In this document: in pieces, positions 10,534-21,522 of the stretch
How the letters are laid out: every line of letters begins with the position of its first letter
Numbering within the stretch: the stretch's first letter is position 1
IMG/VR virus record: IMGVR_UViG_3300032007_000003
Span: 184,029 to 248,028 of that record
Source: a virus
Taxonomy: Duplodnaviria; Heunggongvirae; Uroviricota; Caudoviricetes
Strand: one strand, 5' to 3'
Length of the DNA: 64,000 nt
Notes under the pieces: generated by a model
Told to the model about the DNA's origin: nothing
Database searches by the model: none
What the model saw: the letters and a program-made list of their open reading frames with translations, nothing else
Made by a program: the position numbers and the translations under genes

Positions 10534-12743
10534 GAAAAATATATAAGACAATATCATTAGAACCAATGACTAGCAGATTGCCTAGTGTCATACCAGCTTA
10601 TGTACAAGGCAGTAATACCCCTATCACCTTCGATGATGACCAATTGAAGGCTAGGGGATATTCTTATACAAGCAACTATGGGTTAATACCATGTTCTGTT
10701 ATGTTAAATGGTAGAATGATTTCTTTTGAACGTTTAAGTATTTGGTATCATAAATTCAAAGAATATTATAACCTTCTTAACAATTATGGTCATTGTGGTG
10801 TAAAATATGGTTCAGCAGTTGAATATTATTACAATGAAATTGGCTTAATTAATCCTAAGAGTGTTAAAAGTGCGGTAATAAATGGAATAAATATAACATT
10901 AAAAGGAGATGGGTATGATATTTTTACTTTTGATAGTAGAACTTATATACCAAATGGTAAAACTCCAACAAGTGTTACTATTAACCAAGACAATGAAACT
11001 TTAATAATTTATTATGATGGAGGCAGTAAAACAATTTCATTAGAGGATATTCTCCCAAAAAGGAAAGACCGTTCTTGGGATTTATACTATGGAAACAGTA
11101 GAGAAACATATGTAAATTTGGATTTAGAGATTTCCGCTATGGGTGGCTTGTCCACATATGCTTATATACGTGAATACTTTGTTCCAGAATATATTATACC
11201 AACGGAATATCAAGATTATTGGGGTAGAACGATGTTATATTATCCAGATGTTATTAAATGGATTGGGTGGTTTAAGGAAAGGCTTCATTATGGCGCTAAT
11301 CCAAATTGTAAGAATGCTAGTGATTGTTGTGATTGTACAGAATATGTAAATCGTGGTGGAAAGAGTGTTCATGATTCAATGGAAGCATGGTATAATAGCA
11401 TACAAAGTAAAATACCTACTTCAGCAATCCCACCAAATATTATTTCTCCAATTGAAATACAGAATTCTATTGAGGATTTGGGAGAATTTACTATATTTTG
11501 TGAAGAGTATAAGGTTGGTGTTGACTATAGAGTTGCAAATGGATATGGAGCTACTGCAAATACCAAAAGTGGAACGGTAGTAACTAATAACGATAACGTC
11601 ATGCAGCTTAAAGATGAAAAAAGGGGCTATAAGTTTAATAGCACCTATATGGAGAATGAATTTGATGAAAGCTCTTGGAATTCTTTGATATCAGGTAACA
11701 CCTCTTACCTTTATGACATCAATGAGAATATTCCAAAAAGTGGTTACACATCCTCAAAACTTAAATTTATTCATTTGGATAATTACTTAACTGATGATGT
11801 TGGTAATATTATAGAAGGTATATATGATGTTAGTGGTCATACGAATCATCAACCAGCGGAGGGTACGGTATTAGAACCTTTATATCAGATTGGCGTTATA
11901 TCAAATGTAACAAATGTTGATGGACATGATGATATGTTTAAGGGTGACGTTATTAATTCAATGACATTCTATTACAAGACTGTTGATGGAGAAATTGATG
12001 GTAACACATCTGGAACCGTTAATACTAGTGGAGTAAGTATTAAAGACACAATTAGTGCTTTAACAACTCATAAAGACGATTATAAAATATATGATGATGA
12101 CATTTATTGTGATGTTAATTATAATGTTGGCAACATATACACATTAAATAGTAATAATGAATTATCATTAACTTATAGTGGCGTTTCATACACAGAGACA
12201 GTTCAATTTGAAAAGGCTAGGGTGGAATATTATTTGAAACAAAGATTAAAGGGTTCATCGCCTAGTGATGTAAGAAAAGTTGACACCCATTCAATCAGTT
12301 ACCCAATATATGTGTATAGATTGAAACAAAAGGAAGAACTTATAGATGATAATCCATATGGGGCTACATATGCCGATAATTTATCAAGAATAGATTATAC
12401 CTTAAGAAACGAAAATGGAAAATACATAAGGAAATTTGCTTATAAATTTGTTTGTAAAGATTGTGGCTTTAAATCAGTAAAAGATATTGAAGAAATAAAT
12501 CCAGGTTTAACAACATGCCCTAATTGTGGCAGTAAAAATTGGGTTGGTGGAGATATATTATTACCTATAGTCAAGGAAGAATATAGGGTTGGTGTTTCAG
12601 CCCCAGAAAATATTAAGGGGAATATTTATATAGACAGAGGAATAAACTCTGCATTTGAAAAACATCTGAAGCTTGGTGAGGTAGCATCTTTGGAGGCTTT
12701 GGAAAACTACGGAAATAATTTTTTTAAAATAATGGATGTTTAA
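10530..12743 (+). CDS. Putative virion structural protein with C-terminal zinc-ribbon insert
   Basis: 737 aa; CKDCG...CPNCG near the C-terminus, followed by IDRGINSAFEKHLKLGEV. Confidence 0.55.
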   Translation: MRKIYKTISLEPMTSRLPSVIPAYVQGSNTPITFDDDQLKARGYSYTSNYGLIPCSVMLNGRMISFERLSIWYHKFKEYYNLLNNYGHCGVKYGSAVEYYYNEIGLINPKSVKSAVINGINITLKGDGYDIFTFDSRTYIPNGKTPTSVTINQDNETLIIYYDGGSKTISLEDILPKRKDRSWDLYYGNSRETYVNLDLEISAMGGLSTYAYIREYFVPEYIIPTEYQDYWGRTMLYYPDVIKWIGWFKERLHYGANPNCKNASDCCDCTEYVNRGGKSVHDSMEAWYNSIQSKIPTSAIPPNIISPIEIQNSIEDLGEFTIFCEEYKVGVDYRVANGYGATANTKSGTVVTNNDNVMQLKDEKRGYKFNSTYMENEFDESSWNSLISGNTSYLYDINENIPKSGYTSSKLKFIHLDNYLTDDVGNIIEGIYDVSGHTNHQPAEGTVLEPLYQIGVISNVTNVDGHDDMFKGDVINSMTFYYKTVDGEIDGNTSGTVNTSGVSIKDTISALTTHKDDYKIYDDDIYCDVNYNVGNIYTLNSNNELSLTYSGVSYTETVQFEKARVEYYLKQRLKGSSPSDVRKVDTHSISYPIYVYRLKQKEELIDDNPYGATYADNLSRIDYTLRNENGKYIRKFAYKFVCKDCGFKSVKDIEEINPGLTTCPNCGSKNWVGGDILLPIVKEEYRVGVSAPENIKGNIYIDRGINSAFEKHLKLGEVASLEALENYGNNFFKIMDV

Positions 12744-12745
12744 AT

Positions 12746-13651
12746 ATGGGAGCTTTGGGGTCTTATGGGCTATCGATACCAGTAAATATTAAGGATAGCG
12801 AAATAAACGATTTGGTTGATATTTCTTTTTGTTATCACGAAACAAGGAGTTATGATTCGATAACAAATGCTGCATTTAAGACACTTCCATCTGGAGTACT
12901 AACACGTGCGAAAAGGGAAGATGCTAGTGATGTGGTTGAGGGTATGTATAACCTTCAGCTACCACTTAGTGAATTCAATAAGAAAGGATTCTATACAGTT
13001 TATATAAAGCCAAGAGAAATTAGGGCAAGCATAACTGATATTGGGACATTGACTGCATTCCCAGATGTTAGAGGCATTGTATTGGATACAACCGAAATCA
13101 ATAGCGACTACCTTAAAGAAAAGGCTAGAAAGAACAATGAACTTACTGGCTATCGTATCGTTTTCCTTGATGATAGTGATGGTAGACAAGATTATTATAG
13201 AATAATCACATCGAATAATAAGTGTGAGCCAGTGGTAACGATGCCAGCTACATCAAGCGATAAGACATATACATATCGTTATGAGGATAGTTCAACATTA
13301 ACATTCATTACAGTCTCACCATCAGCAGCAGCAATGTTTAAGGACAACCAAAGCCCATATATAGGCAAGGTTGGACAAAATATTTTGTTGGTTAATACAC
13401 TGTTCGAACCAATACAACTAGATATTGAGATGGTAACACATGATGCTGATACAATTAGCAATATGTTAGAAGGTAGTCAACTTAGAGACCTTGATAATGG
13501 TCTTATCACGACATTCAATGAAAATGACGAAATTTACCATCAGAAGGAAGTTTATACCCTTAAAGACCAATACACTGGAAAACCAGTCTTTGAGGTTGCA
13601 AAGGAGAAGACAAATGGTGTTGATTTCAGTCAGAGCTTAGATGATAAATAA
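12746..13651 (+). CDS. Putative virion structural protein
   Basis: 301 aa within the structural operon, 2 bp after the previous stop. Confidence 0.55.
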   Translation: MGALGSYGLSIPVNIKDSEINDLVDISFCYHETRSYDSITNAAFKTLPSGVLTRAKREDASDVVEGMYNLQLPLSEFNKKGFYTVYIKPREIRASITDIGTLTAFPDVRGIVLDTTEINSDYLKEKARKNNELTGYRIVFLDDSDGRQDYYRIITSNNKCEPVVTMPATSSDKTYTYRYEDSSTLTFITVSPSAAAMFKDNQSPYIGKVGQNILLVNTLFEPIQLDIEMVTHDADTISNMLEGSQLRDLDNGLITTFNENDEIYHQKEVYTLKDQYTGKPVFEVAKEKTNGVDFSQSLDDK

Positions 13652-13677
13652 TAGATATTGTAAAGAGTTATAATAAG

Positions 13678-16600
13678 ATGCCAAAATACATTAAGTCTCA
13701 TAGTAATTATGTACTAAAGTCATTTCATCAATCTATAAATGATGGTACAATATATGAGAGAGATATTACAACAATAGGCGGTGTTGGTAATTTTCCTTCA
13801 TCACAAACCCCAATTTATCGTTCTAATAACTTTATTATTACGGTAAGAAATGATAGTGGTATCTCAAACCAATATAATACTAAAGAATGGGATAAAAACA
13901 GTACTAGTGGCGATATTTGGACAGTATCATCACTAGAAGGTCTTGTATCCACTGATGACAATGATAATGATACCAAGATAGTATTAAAGCAAGATTATTA
14001 TGATTTCTGTGATTTTTGCTATTATGGTTCGTTATCTGAAATGTTTCGTGCCTCTATAACAGACATTATAAGCAGATTTCCAGGGGAATTATATGGAACA
14101 AGTAATAATGTTTATTATACTGAGACAAAAACAGTTGATGGTAGTATTATTGAGACTAGAAATAAATTAGGTGGTGAAAGAAACAACTACAAATATATAG
14201 TAAACCCTTTTGGCATTAACATACATTCTAAGACAATGCCAAGTGATGCTACTAATCCACTTAAATATTTCACCAATGGAGGATATAGTGCATATACAAT
14301 AGACGGTACTCAGATAACTTCTTGGAAATCTGAATACTACTATTCGGAGAAGGTTGGCAAGAACAAATACATAAGATATACGGCATCAACAGATTCTACA
14401 ACAGTGACAAGTGCATCTTCAACTACATATTACCCTTGTAAGGGTGATAAAGTGGCTGAAATAACTTTGAATGGCAGTAGTAGTAAAAAAATTTATGCTT
14501 ATTTGGGTGACGATGATGTAATATATTATTTATCAAATAGTTTTGTAGGAAAACATATTACACCAAGTAAAACATATTTTGATTCATTTTACAACGAATG
14601 TGACAATTTCCAAAGACTTCTATTAAATCCAAAGACAACTCCTAAATATAAAGCTATATTTTCTGTTATCAAGGAGAATGAGAATGGCTATTATAGAGAA
14701 TTTGAGGAATTCGTATTCCCAACTTCAGAAGGTGGTTACAACATAGATGCCACTTCATACGGGTTTAACACATACACATCAAGATTATCTGATATTGGTT
14801 CGTTCTATGACGAGTATTTTACTGATAACCTATATAGGTCTATGACCCATGAGGCAATCAAGAATTTTGATTGGACTTATACACGTGAATATGTTGAAGG
14901 TGATGAAGAAGAATACGTAATTGGTGGTGAGAAGATGCAAAAGGCTCTTAGAATCTTTGCTAGGGAGTTTGACGAGACATTGGCATATATCAATAACATT
15001 AGAAGCACCAATAGAGTTACATATGACGAGAGAAGCAATTTACCAGATTATTTCTTGACAGATGTTTTGGAAAATGAAGGGTGGAATGTAAGATTAGTAA
15101 TTCCATATGATATTAGTGGCGATATCACTAAACCATCTAGTAATAAATGTGACACTTTGCCTAGAAAGTTCATACAATGTAGCGGTACTGTAGTACCATA
15201 TAGCAAAGATAAATTACAATATCCAAATGGGTATTATATATCTTGTTGTTCAAGTGGGACTGTTCCTTGTGGATATAATAATGGGTCATATAAGTTGAGT
15301 GTTGCTAGCGCAGATGAATACACAAGAATTGATTCTTGTGGTTATAATTCAATTGTTAGAAATAGGATAAAGGCATTCTCAGATGAAAGGGAATACAGTT
15401 ATAACGAGGTTAATAGTGAATTCTTGAGAAGACTAAAACTTAATTCTCGCTATATCTGGCGTCATAAAGGTACTCTCGATGGTATTGATATGATTCTTGG
15501 AATGTTTGGATTTAAAAATAAAAAATTTGTTGATGGGCTTTCAGAAACATGTAAACAAAGTGATTATGATTATGAAATAACTGAATATGTTGCTAGTAGT
15601 AACACTATTACTGATAGATGGGATGATGCACACCAAATGAATGAGATAGATTGGGTTAATTCAACAAAGACTATTACATATGATTATAGGTCTGTCTCAA
15701 ATTATAATAGGGATGGAATAGATGTTAACTACTTATCATATCAAGGATTGCCTGTTAAGTATGTACAAAATAATGACAAAACTAGAACATTATATCCAAA
15801 CTTCGAGAAATACGAACAATATGATGGGAATCCATATTTCCAAATGAATGGTGGTTGGCAAGATAAGGCATTCAAATACAATGGCAACTATTATAGTTTC
15901 CAATTCGATGTGGATAATAATATTGTATATAGTACAAATGGTGAATTATTCAAGGAAACAGTAAGAAATATCAGAAGATTTGATACCTTACAAGATATGT
16001 TATCAGTTCCTTCATATGAAATAACAAACGGACAAATTGTATATGTTTCATATATTCAAAATAACATAGCTGTATTGGCAGGAATGATTTATAACATCAA
16101 GAAGGATAGTTTTTGCAAAAATTCCATTAATGGATATATTGAACTTATAAAGTCAAACGGTGTTGTTAGAGCTGGTGATGATTATTTCTTTGATGAAATC
16201 ATAAGAGTATTTGATAGAAATGGGAATGTTTCAACAGTTAATATAAACGAGATACCAAATGGTCAACCTATAAATTGTTATATTGTGAATAACACTATTC
16301 AATGTTATGATGATTATAAAAATTGTAGTAATTTGTTTGAGATAATTGACCCTAACTTGACTAACTATACAAATTATTTTACAATTGCTGATTTCTCTCA
16401 ATCTAATAGAATATATAGACAAGATGTGACTGAGGGTTGGAGAAGACTTTCTATAGGAGAAGCTAAATGTAAGATGATTAACACCATTGTTAATGACAAC
16501 AATGGCAATAATCCTCACAATGGCATGATGGTATATGATAATGGTAGGGAATATTTCAAGTATTATGAACAGTTATTTAAATATTCAATAGAAAATGATA

Positions 16601-16944
16601 TGTTCGATGAAAGGTGCTATGACAACTTTGAGAACGCATTGAGTACAAAGATTAGTGGTTATGGATTCACTGTTAGTGATTATTATCAAGCTCCTACAAC
16701 AGAAGAAAAACCTTATATTCAGAAAGTATATCATATTGAAGACAAAAACACCATTACTAATCAGATTTTCAATACAAAAGTAATAAGGATTACATTTAAA
16801 CTCCATAATAATTTATTTACCAATAGCGGTGCTAAAAAAGGTCAAGGTGATTGTGAAATGAAATACATTGACGATATTGTTATGAATTATCTCACACAGA
16901 TGATTCCATCAACAGCAATATTACAAATAAGATACGAAAAGTAA
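13678..16944 (+). CDS. Putative baseplate wedge subunit (P2 gpI / T4 gp7-like)
   Basis: 1088 aa; LPDYFLTDVLENEGW and RHKGTLDGIDMILGMFG resemble the LP..L..L...G and KGT..G...L..G motifs of gpI-type wedge proteins. Confidence 0.5.
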   Translation: MPKYIKSHSNYVLKSFHQSINDGTIYERDITTIGGVGNFPSSQTPIYRSNNFIITVRNDSGISNQYNTKEWDKNSTSGDIWTVSSLEGLVSTDDNDNDTKIVLKQDYYDFCDFCYYGSLSEMFRASITDIISRFPGELYGTSNNVYYTETKTVDGSIIETRNKLGGERNNYKYIVNPFGINIHSKTMPSDATNPLKYFTNGGYSAYTIDGTQITSWKSEYYYSEKVGKNKYIRYTASTDSTTVTSASSTTYYPCKGDKVAEITLNGSSSKKIYAYLGDDDVIYYLSNSFVGKHITPSKTYFDSFYNECDNFQRLLLNPKTTPKYKAIFSVIKENENGYYREFEEFVFPTSEGGYNIDATSYGFNTYTSRLSDIGSFYDEYFTDNLYRSMTHEAIKNFDWTYTREYVEGDEEEYVIGGEKMQKALRIFAREFDETLAYINNIRSTNRVTYDERSNLPDYFLTDVLENEGWNVRLVIPYDISGDITKPSSNKCDTLPRKFIQCSGTVVPYSKDKLQYPNGYYISCCSSGTVPCGYNNGSYKLSVASADEYTRIDSCGYNSIVRNRIKAFSDEREYSYNEVNSEFLRRLKLNSRYIWRHKGTLDGIDMILGMFGFKNKKFVDGLSETCKQSDYDYEITEYVASSNTITDRWDDAHQMNEIDWVNSTKTITYDYRSVSNYNRDGIDVNYLSYQGLPVKYVQNNDKTRTLYPNFEKYEQYDGNPYFQMNGGWQDKAFKYNGNYYSFQFDVDNNIVYSTNGELFKETVRNIRRFDTLQDMLSVPSYEITNGQIVYVSYIQNNIAVLAGMIYNIKKDSFCKNSINGYIELIKSNGVVRAGDDYFFDEIIRVFDRNGNVSTVNINEIPNGQPINCYIVNNTIQCYDDYKNCSNLFEIIDPNLTNYTNYFTIADFSQSNRIYRQDVTEGWRRLSIGEAKCKMINTIVNDNNGNNPHNGMMVYDNGREYFKYYEQLFKYSIENDMFDERCYDNFENALSTKISGYGFTVSDYYQAPTTEEKPYIQKVYHIEDKNTITNQIFNTKVIRITFKLHNNLFTNSGAKKGQGDCEMKYIDDIVMNYLTQMIPSTAILQIRYEK

Positions 16945-16950
16945 TAACAA

Positions 16951-19635
16951 ATGAAACATTATCTTAAAGTAGGTGGTAATTCACGTGCAACTGAGCAATA
17001 CATAATACTAAATGTTGATTGTGACAGCACATATGTTAATGTTTGCTGGCTTGGTGTTATTACTAATGAGGAAGCATGTTTTGGCGATGATGTTCAAACC
17101 TATTGTGAATCGATATACATAGGTGTCAATACATCATGTTATGAGGAAAAAGAAGTAAATGGTACAATACCTTGGTATGACTGCATAATAACATATAAAA
17201 TAATACAGAGTAAAAGGACTGACTGTGAAGATTGCGGTTCTAATACTTCAACATGCGAATTGATTGATGCATATGTAAGCCCATATTATGTTTCTACTGA
17301 TACTACTGCCACAACAGTTTACTATCAATATTGGAAAACAACTAAAAACGAATGCGAAGTAATCTCTAGAGTAATTGAAAATGATTCACAAAAAGTTAAT
17401 ATAGTGACAAGTGGTGTGGCTTGTAATTCTGACGATAGAACAATAAGAATACCTCCAATAAACTATTGTGGTAACAAAACAATAGAAGGTTTGACGTGTT
17501 ATGTTCAGAAACCAGATAATTGTTGTGATTACGACGATGGGGATACGTGTTATGAAATTAATGATATATTTTATGTTCCTCAAAAGGTTGATGCTAGCGG
17601 AGGTACTGTAGAATTCTTCTGCGACTATAAGAAAACAACTTATAAAAATTGCAAGAAGACATATTCATATGGAAGATTTCAAGATACAGTTAATGTTAGT
17701 GGGTGTACTGATAAAGAATGCTGTAAGGAAAGAATCAAGAATATTACATATACATGGAGTGGTCATACCTTATGTAGCGGAGGAAGCGATATTAGTTTGA
17801 CAATACCACAGAAGAGAGATTTAACCTATACTGGTGATTGTACGTGTAACGTTACCCCAGATAAGGGATATTGTGTTGATGTACACTCTATTAAGAGATA
17901 TCATAAACTTGGTGATGGAACATGGGAAGAGATTAGACCATTAGACCCAAATTCATATAAATTTCCTTATTATGGTGGTACTATGAAAGTGTCATGGGAA
18001 TATTCCGCAATAACAGTGGGGGATGATTGTCATATTGATATATCAAGTGGAAATACTTGGGAAGATTATATAGAGATTCTTCCTTATGATGGTGATATTT
18101 GTGGGGGTATAAATTATTCTGCAATCCAATATGTTTTCAAAAAATCACCATGCGCTTTTGAAGAAGATACAAAGTCCATTTTACCACCAAATATATGTAA
18201 TGAAAACTGCATTAATGAATTCAACATAGAATATGAACAGTATAGAAACCCTTGTTCAGATATCTGTGAGTCTTGTCTTAGTAAATTTTATGTAGAACTT
18301 GATAGCGGTGGAACTGTAACTAGTTCTGATACTGCTACTTGTGATATAACATTGATTAATGATACCAAGCCTTCATGGTTAACAGTGACTGTAAATGGAA
18401 GAAATGTATCATATTCAGCCCCATTAAATAGTGGCTCAACTCGTGAAGGGGGTGTTACATTTAAATTAAAGAATCAAGAATGTTATGACACTGTTATAAT
18501 TACTCAATCAGGTTCTAGTGAAGATATAGACCCATCTCCAGTTGACCCAGAAATTATATGCAACTGTGAGAATGCTTTCTTTGAAGCATATAGCGCACAG
18601 ACAGCATTAAGTAAGAATGGCGGTGAACACACCTTTATTGGTAGTTACATATTTAATGATTGTATTAAAGATGTTAGTACATCAGATTATAGCATTAGTT
18701 ATGATGAAGAGCTTACATGTAGTGGTGGTGATGTAACATTCACAGCCACTAAGGGTGAAAGTAGCTTTGTTTCAAATGTATCGTTTGAAAATGGTGCTAT
18801 ATATGCTGACATTGAAAAGAATGAGACTAGTGAGGAAAGAACATATGAATTACCAATATCTTATACTGTTGAAAATTGCGGAGATAAAGAGACATCAATA
18901 ATAGTAAAACAGAAGAAGGGTAGTGACCCAGGTCCAGGTCCTGGACCTGAACCAGACCCTTGTGAGGGTTGGACGATAGTTCTTAACGGAGGGCCTAGTC
19001 AATATTATTATCAAGATTACGAAGGAAGTGGTGGTACACCAGTTAATTTTTTTGTTAAAGATGGTAGTTCTGCCACCGTTGGTGATTTAACAACAGATGA
19101 TTTTGAGGTTATTATTGATAATGATTATCAAATACTATTTGATGGATTTGAAATTCAGAAAGCAGACCCAGCGCCACAAGCACCTTATCTATTATATCTT
19201 AATAAAACAGGAATAGATACAGTATGCTCGTATGTTGGTGAATCAATTAGTTTAGAATTAAAACTCAAAGATTGTCAAGATGTTAAGACAAATATTAATG
19301 TTATAATTGGAGAGGTTGATAGTTGGAATGTAAAGATAGACGGTGTTAAATCAGACCAAAATAGTTTATACTTTGGTTTCAAGGCGCATGTAAAAGTTGG
19401 AAATTGTGATAAGTTTGTACATATGGGAGAAATTCAAGCAACAAGAAGAAATCCTGATGACGGTAATTTATATGCAACTTTAAAGGTATTTAGAAGTATT
19501 GATTGGGATGATGAAATACATATTGTACTTGCAAATTCAGGAGGATATTGTGAAAATCCAGCTTGTGCAAAGATAACTTCTCATAACTTTAATGATTTGC
19601 TTGTACACTATTGTCCAGATGGACCTTGTTCATAA
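16951..19635 (+). CDS. Cys-rich modular virion protein with BACON-like Ig domains
   Basis: 894 aa; KPSWLTVTVNG...NSGSTREGGVTFK (BACON-type W...N...R.G.V.F); Pro-rich linkers DPSPVDP and DPGPGPGPEPDP; many Cys. Confidence 0.55.
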   Translation: MKHYLKVGGNSRATEQYIILNVDCDSTYVNVCWLGVITNEEACFGDDVQTYCESIYIGVNTSCYEEKEVNGTIPWYDCIITYKIIQSKRTDCEDCGSNTSTCELIDAYVSPYYVSTDTTATTVYYQYWKTTKNECEVISRVIENDSQKVNIVTSGVACNSDDRTIRIPPINYCGNKTIEGLTCYVQKPDNCCDYDDGDTCYEINDIFYVPQKVDASGGTVEFFCDYKKTTYKNCKKTYSYGRFQDTVNVSGCTDKECCKERIKNITYTWSGHTLCSGGSDISLTIPQKRDLTYTGDCTCNVTPDKGYCVDVHSIKRYHKLGDGTWEEIRPLDPNSYKFPYYGGTMKVSWEYSAITVGDDCHIDISSGNTWEDYIEILPYDGDICGGINYSAIQYVFKKSPCAFEEDTKSILPPNICNENCINEFNIEYEQYRNPCSDICESCLSKFYVELDSGGTVTSSDTATCDITLINDTKPSWLTVTVNGRNVSYSAPLNSGSTREGGVTFKLKNQECYDTVIITQSGSSEDIDPSPVDPEIICNCENAFFEAYSAQTALSKNGGEHTFIGSYIFNDCIKDVSTSDYSISYDEELTCSGGDVTFTATKGESSFVSNVSFENGAIYADIEKNETSEERTYELPISYTVENCGDKETSIIVKQKKGSDPGPGPGPEPDPCEGWTIVLNGGPSQYYYQDYEGSGGTPVNFFVKDGSSATVGDLTTDDFEVIIDNDYQILFDGFEIQKADPAPQAPYLLYLNKTGIDTVCSYVGESISLELKLKDCQDVKTNINVIIGEVDSWNVKIDGVKSDQNSLYFGFKAHVKVGNCDKFVHMGEIQATRRNPDDGNLYATLKVFRSIDWDDEIHIVLANSGGYCENPACAKITSHNFNDLLVHYCPDGPCS

Positions 19636-19653
19636 AAGTATTAAAGATTATAT

Positions 19654-20241
19654 ATGATAGAAATTGAGAATTTTAAATCAGATTATAAATTAGATTTAAA
19701 TAAATCTAACGAAAAAGAATATTTTTTAACAATAAACTCAAGGGGTGATAATGAAAATGTCATCCCTTGGGCAGTTTCTTTTGTATCAAATAATACAATT
19801 AGTTACCATGAAGAAGGAATTGATAAATTACATTTGATTTTCGATTTATCGCAAATTAAGAAAAGTGAATATATTATTTTGGAAAACTATAAAAAAGAAA
19901 AGGCTAGAATAATAGTAAGTCCAAACCTAAAAGAATCAGAAGAAAAAAAATATGAATTCAGAATTTATCAATATAATATCTTAGATAATAGAACTATAAA
20001 ATTTATGGTAAAATCAAAAGTTAATTCTGATTTTATGAATTGGAAATGCTCATATGACGGAAAACCATTATCATATAAAATCGACACTGAAAAAGATTAC
20101 GTCATAATAGAACTTAAGTCAACAATATTCAGTGATGTTGTAGGTCATATCGAATTAGCGCAAGATAAAAGTAATAAAAACATCAATATACAATTGTTAC
20201 ACCATAAGGATGAAAAATTAAAAGTGTTAAGGATATATTAA
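19654..20241 (+). CDS. Hypothetical protein (possible Ig-like virion accessory)
   Basis: 195 aa, very AT-rich, last gene before a bidirectional terminator. Confidence 0.5.
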   Translation: MIEIENFKSDYKLDLNKSNEKEYFLTINSRGDNENVIPWAVSFVSNNTISYHEEGIDKLHLIFDLSQIKKSEYIILENYKKEKARIIVSPNLKESEEKKYEFRIYQYNILDNRTIKFMVKSKVNSDFMNWKCSYDGKPLSYKIDTEKDYVIIELKSTIFSDVVGHIELAQDKSNKNINIQLLHHKDEKLKVLRIY

Positions 20242-20250
20242 AAGTGAGAA

Positions 20251-20285
20251 AGCTGACTAACTATTAAAAGTTAATCAGCTTTTCT
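20251..20285. terminator. Bidirectional intrinsic terminator
   Basis: AGCTGACTAAC / GTTAATCAGCT stem with A-rich 5' and T-rich 3' flanks, between convergent genes. Confidence 0.7.
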
Positions 20286-21091
20286 TTATCTTCCTCTATA
20301 TCATCAATATTATCTATTTCTATGTCATATAATCCATACTCGTTATCAATATCTATAAACCTATAGGACATATCTTCAAGATTCCATACTGCAAATCCGT
20401 GCTGAGATATTGTTTCACCATATGATTGTTGAATCAGTGAACCTGGATATACAACCTCTGTATCGCCACATTTCATGACTTGGCGTTTATGAAGATGTCC
20501 AGCCATTACACAATCGCATCCCTCAAATACAGCTCCATCAAGACCACTATCTGATACATAACCGTTATTAAGTGTAGAACCAATTATTTGTCCATGAAAT
20601 AGTCCAATAAATCTTGCATTTGGATTTGCTTCTTTCGTTTCTTCAATTGTGGTTGGTCTCATGAAGTTATCATATATCGAATATAAAGTCCATACTACAT
20701 TATCATCAATTGCACACCCACTCTTATATTCCAATACGGCATCTAAAAACTTGCAATTCTGAAAATCTGCCGTATCGAATAACGCTGTCATTGTGTCAGT
20801 ACGTGTTTGGTTCTCAACAATTAGGTCGTGGTTGCCAGCTATAACAATCACTGTGGCTATTTCCTCAAGTTGTCTTAGGAAATAACTTGTAAATACCATT
20901 AATTCGTTTGATATGGTATTCTTGGAATGAACCAAGTCCCCACTTATTACTATTCTAATTTCTTCTTTGTCAAACCCTTCACAGAGTTCTTTGCATTTCT
21001 CAATGACTTTTTCCAATTGGTCTGAATATTCCTCTAAACGCTGAAAATTCCTAATATGTATGTCTGCTAGATGTATAATTTGTTTAATCAT
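20264..21091 (-). CDS. Metallophosphoesterase nuclease, SbcD/Mre11/T4 gp47-like
   Basis: Calcineurin-like motifs LADIH, GDLVH, GNHD, FHG, GHLH, plus YPGSLIQQSYGE. Confidence 0.8.
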   Translation of the reverse strand: MIKQIIHLADIHIRNFQRLEEYSDQLEKVIEKCKELCEGFDKEEIRIVISGDLVHSKNTISNELMVFTSYFLRQLEEIATVIVIAGNHDLIVENQTRTDTMTALFDTADFQNCKFLDAVLEYKSGCAIDDNVVWTLYSIYDNFMRPTTIEETKEANPNARFIGLFHGQIIGSTLNNGYVSDSGLDGAVFEGCDCVMAGHLHKRQVMKCGDTEVVYPGSLIQQSYGETISQHGFAVWNLEDMSYRFIDIDNEYGLYDIEIDNIDDIEEDKEKLINF

Positions 21092-21109
21092 TAATTGTTA
21101 ATATATTTT

Positions 21110-21143
21110 TGCAAATATATACAAAAAATGTTAAAAAAACAAA
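21110..21143 (-). promoter_or_regulatory. Bacteroidetes sigmaA-type promoter for the nuclease gene
   Basis: On the minus strand, TTTG (21140-43) then 20 nt then TATATTTGCA (21110-19). Confidence 0.7.
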
Positions 21144-21160
21144 TTTTTATATACTATTTT

Positions 21161-21193
21161 TTTGCTATGTCGAAAAAAAATCGTATCTTTACA
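21161..21193 (+). promoter_or_regulatory. Bacteroidetes sigmaA-type promoter (variant), divergent from the previous one
   Basis: TTTG-N19-TATCTTTACA. Confidence 0.55.
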
Positions 21194-21204
21194 AAAAAAA
21201 TGGT

Positions 21205-21495
21205 ATGAATAAAATGAATATTGAACAAAAAATTGGTGAGTTTTTTACTCACATGATAGATGATGATGTCAGAGACATATTTATTCTATCAGAACTTGAA
21301 GCAGTTAAAAACGAAAACGTTGATAGCAGTATAGCATGGACTAATACGTGTGTTAGAATGGGCAGAAATGGGTTTTCGTGTGTAACTAGAGGAAAACAAG
21401 AGGTATGTTGGATTAACTATATGAGAGAAGCGACTAAAGAAGAAAAAGAGTTTTATAATAAGTGTATTTCTTCAAAAAGTTTTTTTGTTGAATAA
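21205..21495 (+). CDS. Hypothetical protein
   Basis: Track ORF 21109..21495; start moved to ATG 21205, downstream of the promoter. Confidence 0.55.
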   Translation: MNKMNIEQKIGEFFTHMIDDDVRDIFILSELEAVKNENVDSSIAWTNTCVRMGRNGFSCVTRGKQEVCWINYMREATKEEKEFYNKCISSKSFFVE

Positions 21496-21522
21496 TATAT
21501 GATTACCAAAAGAATTGGTTAT

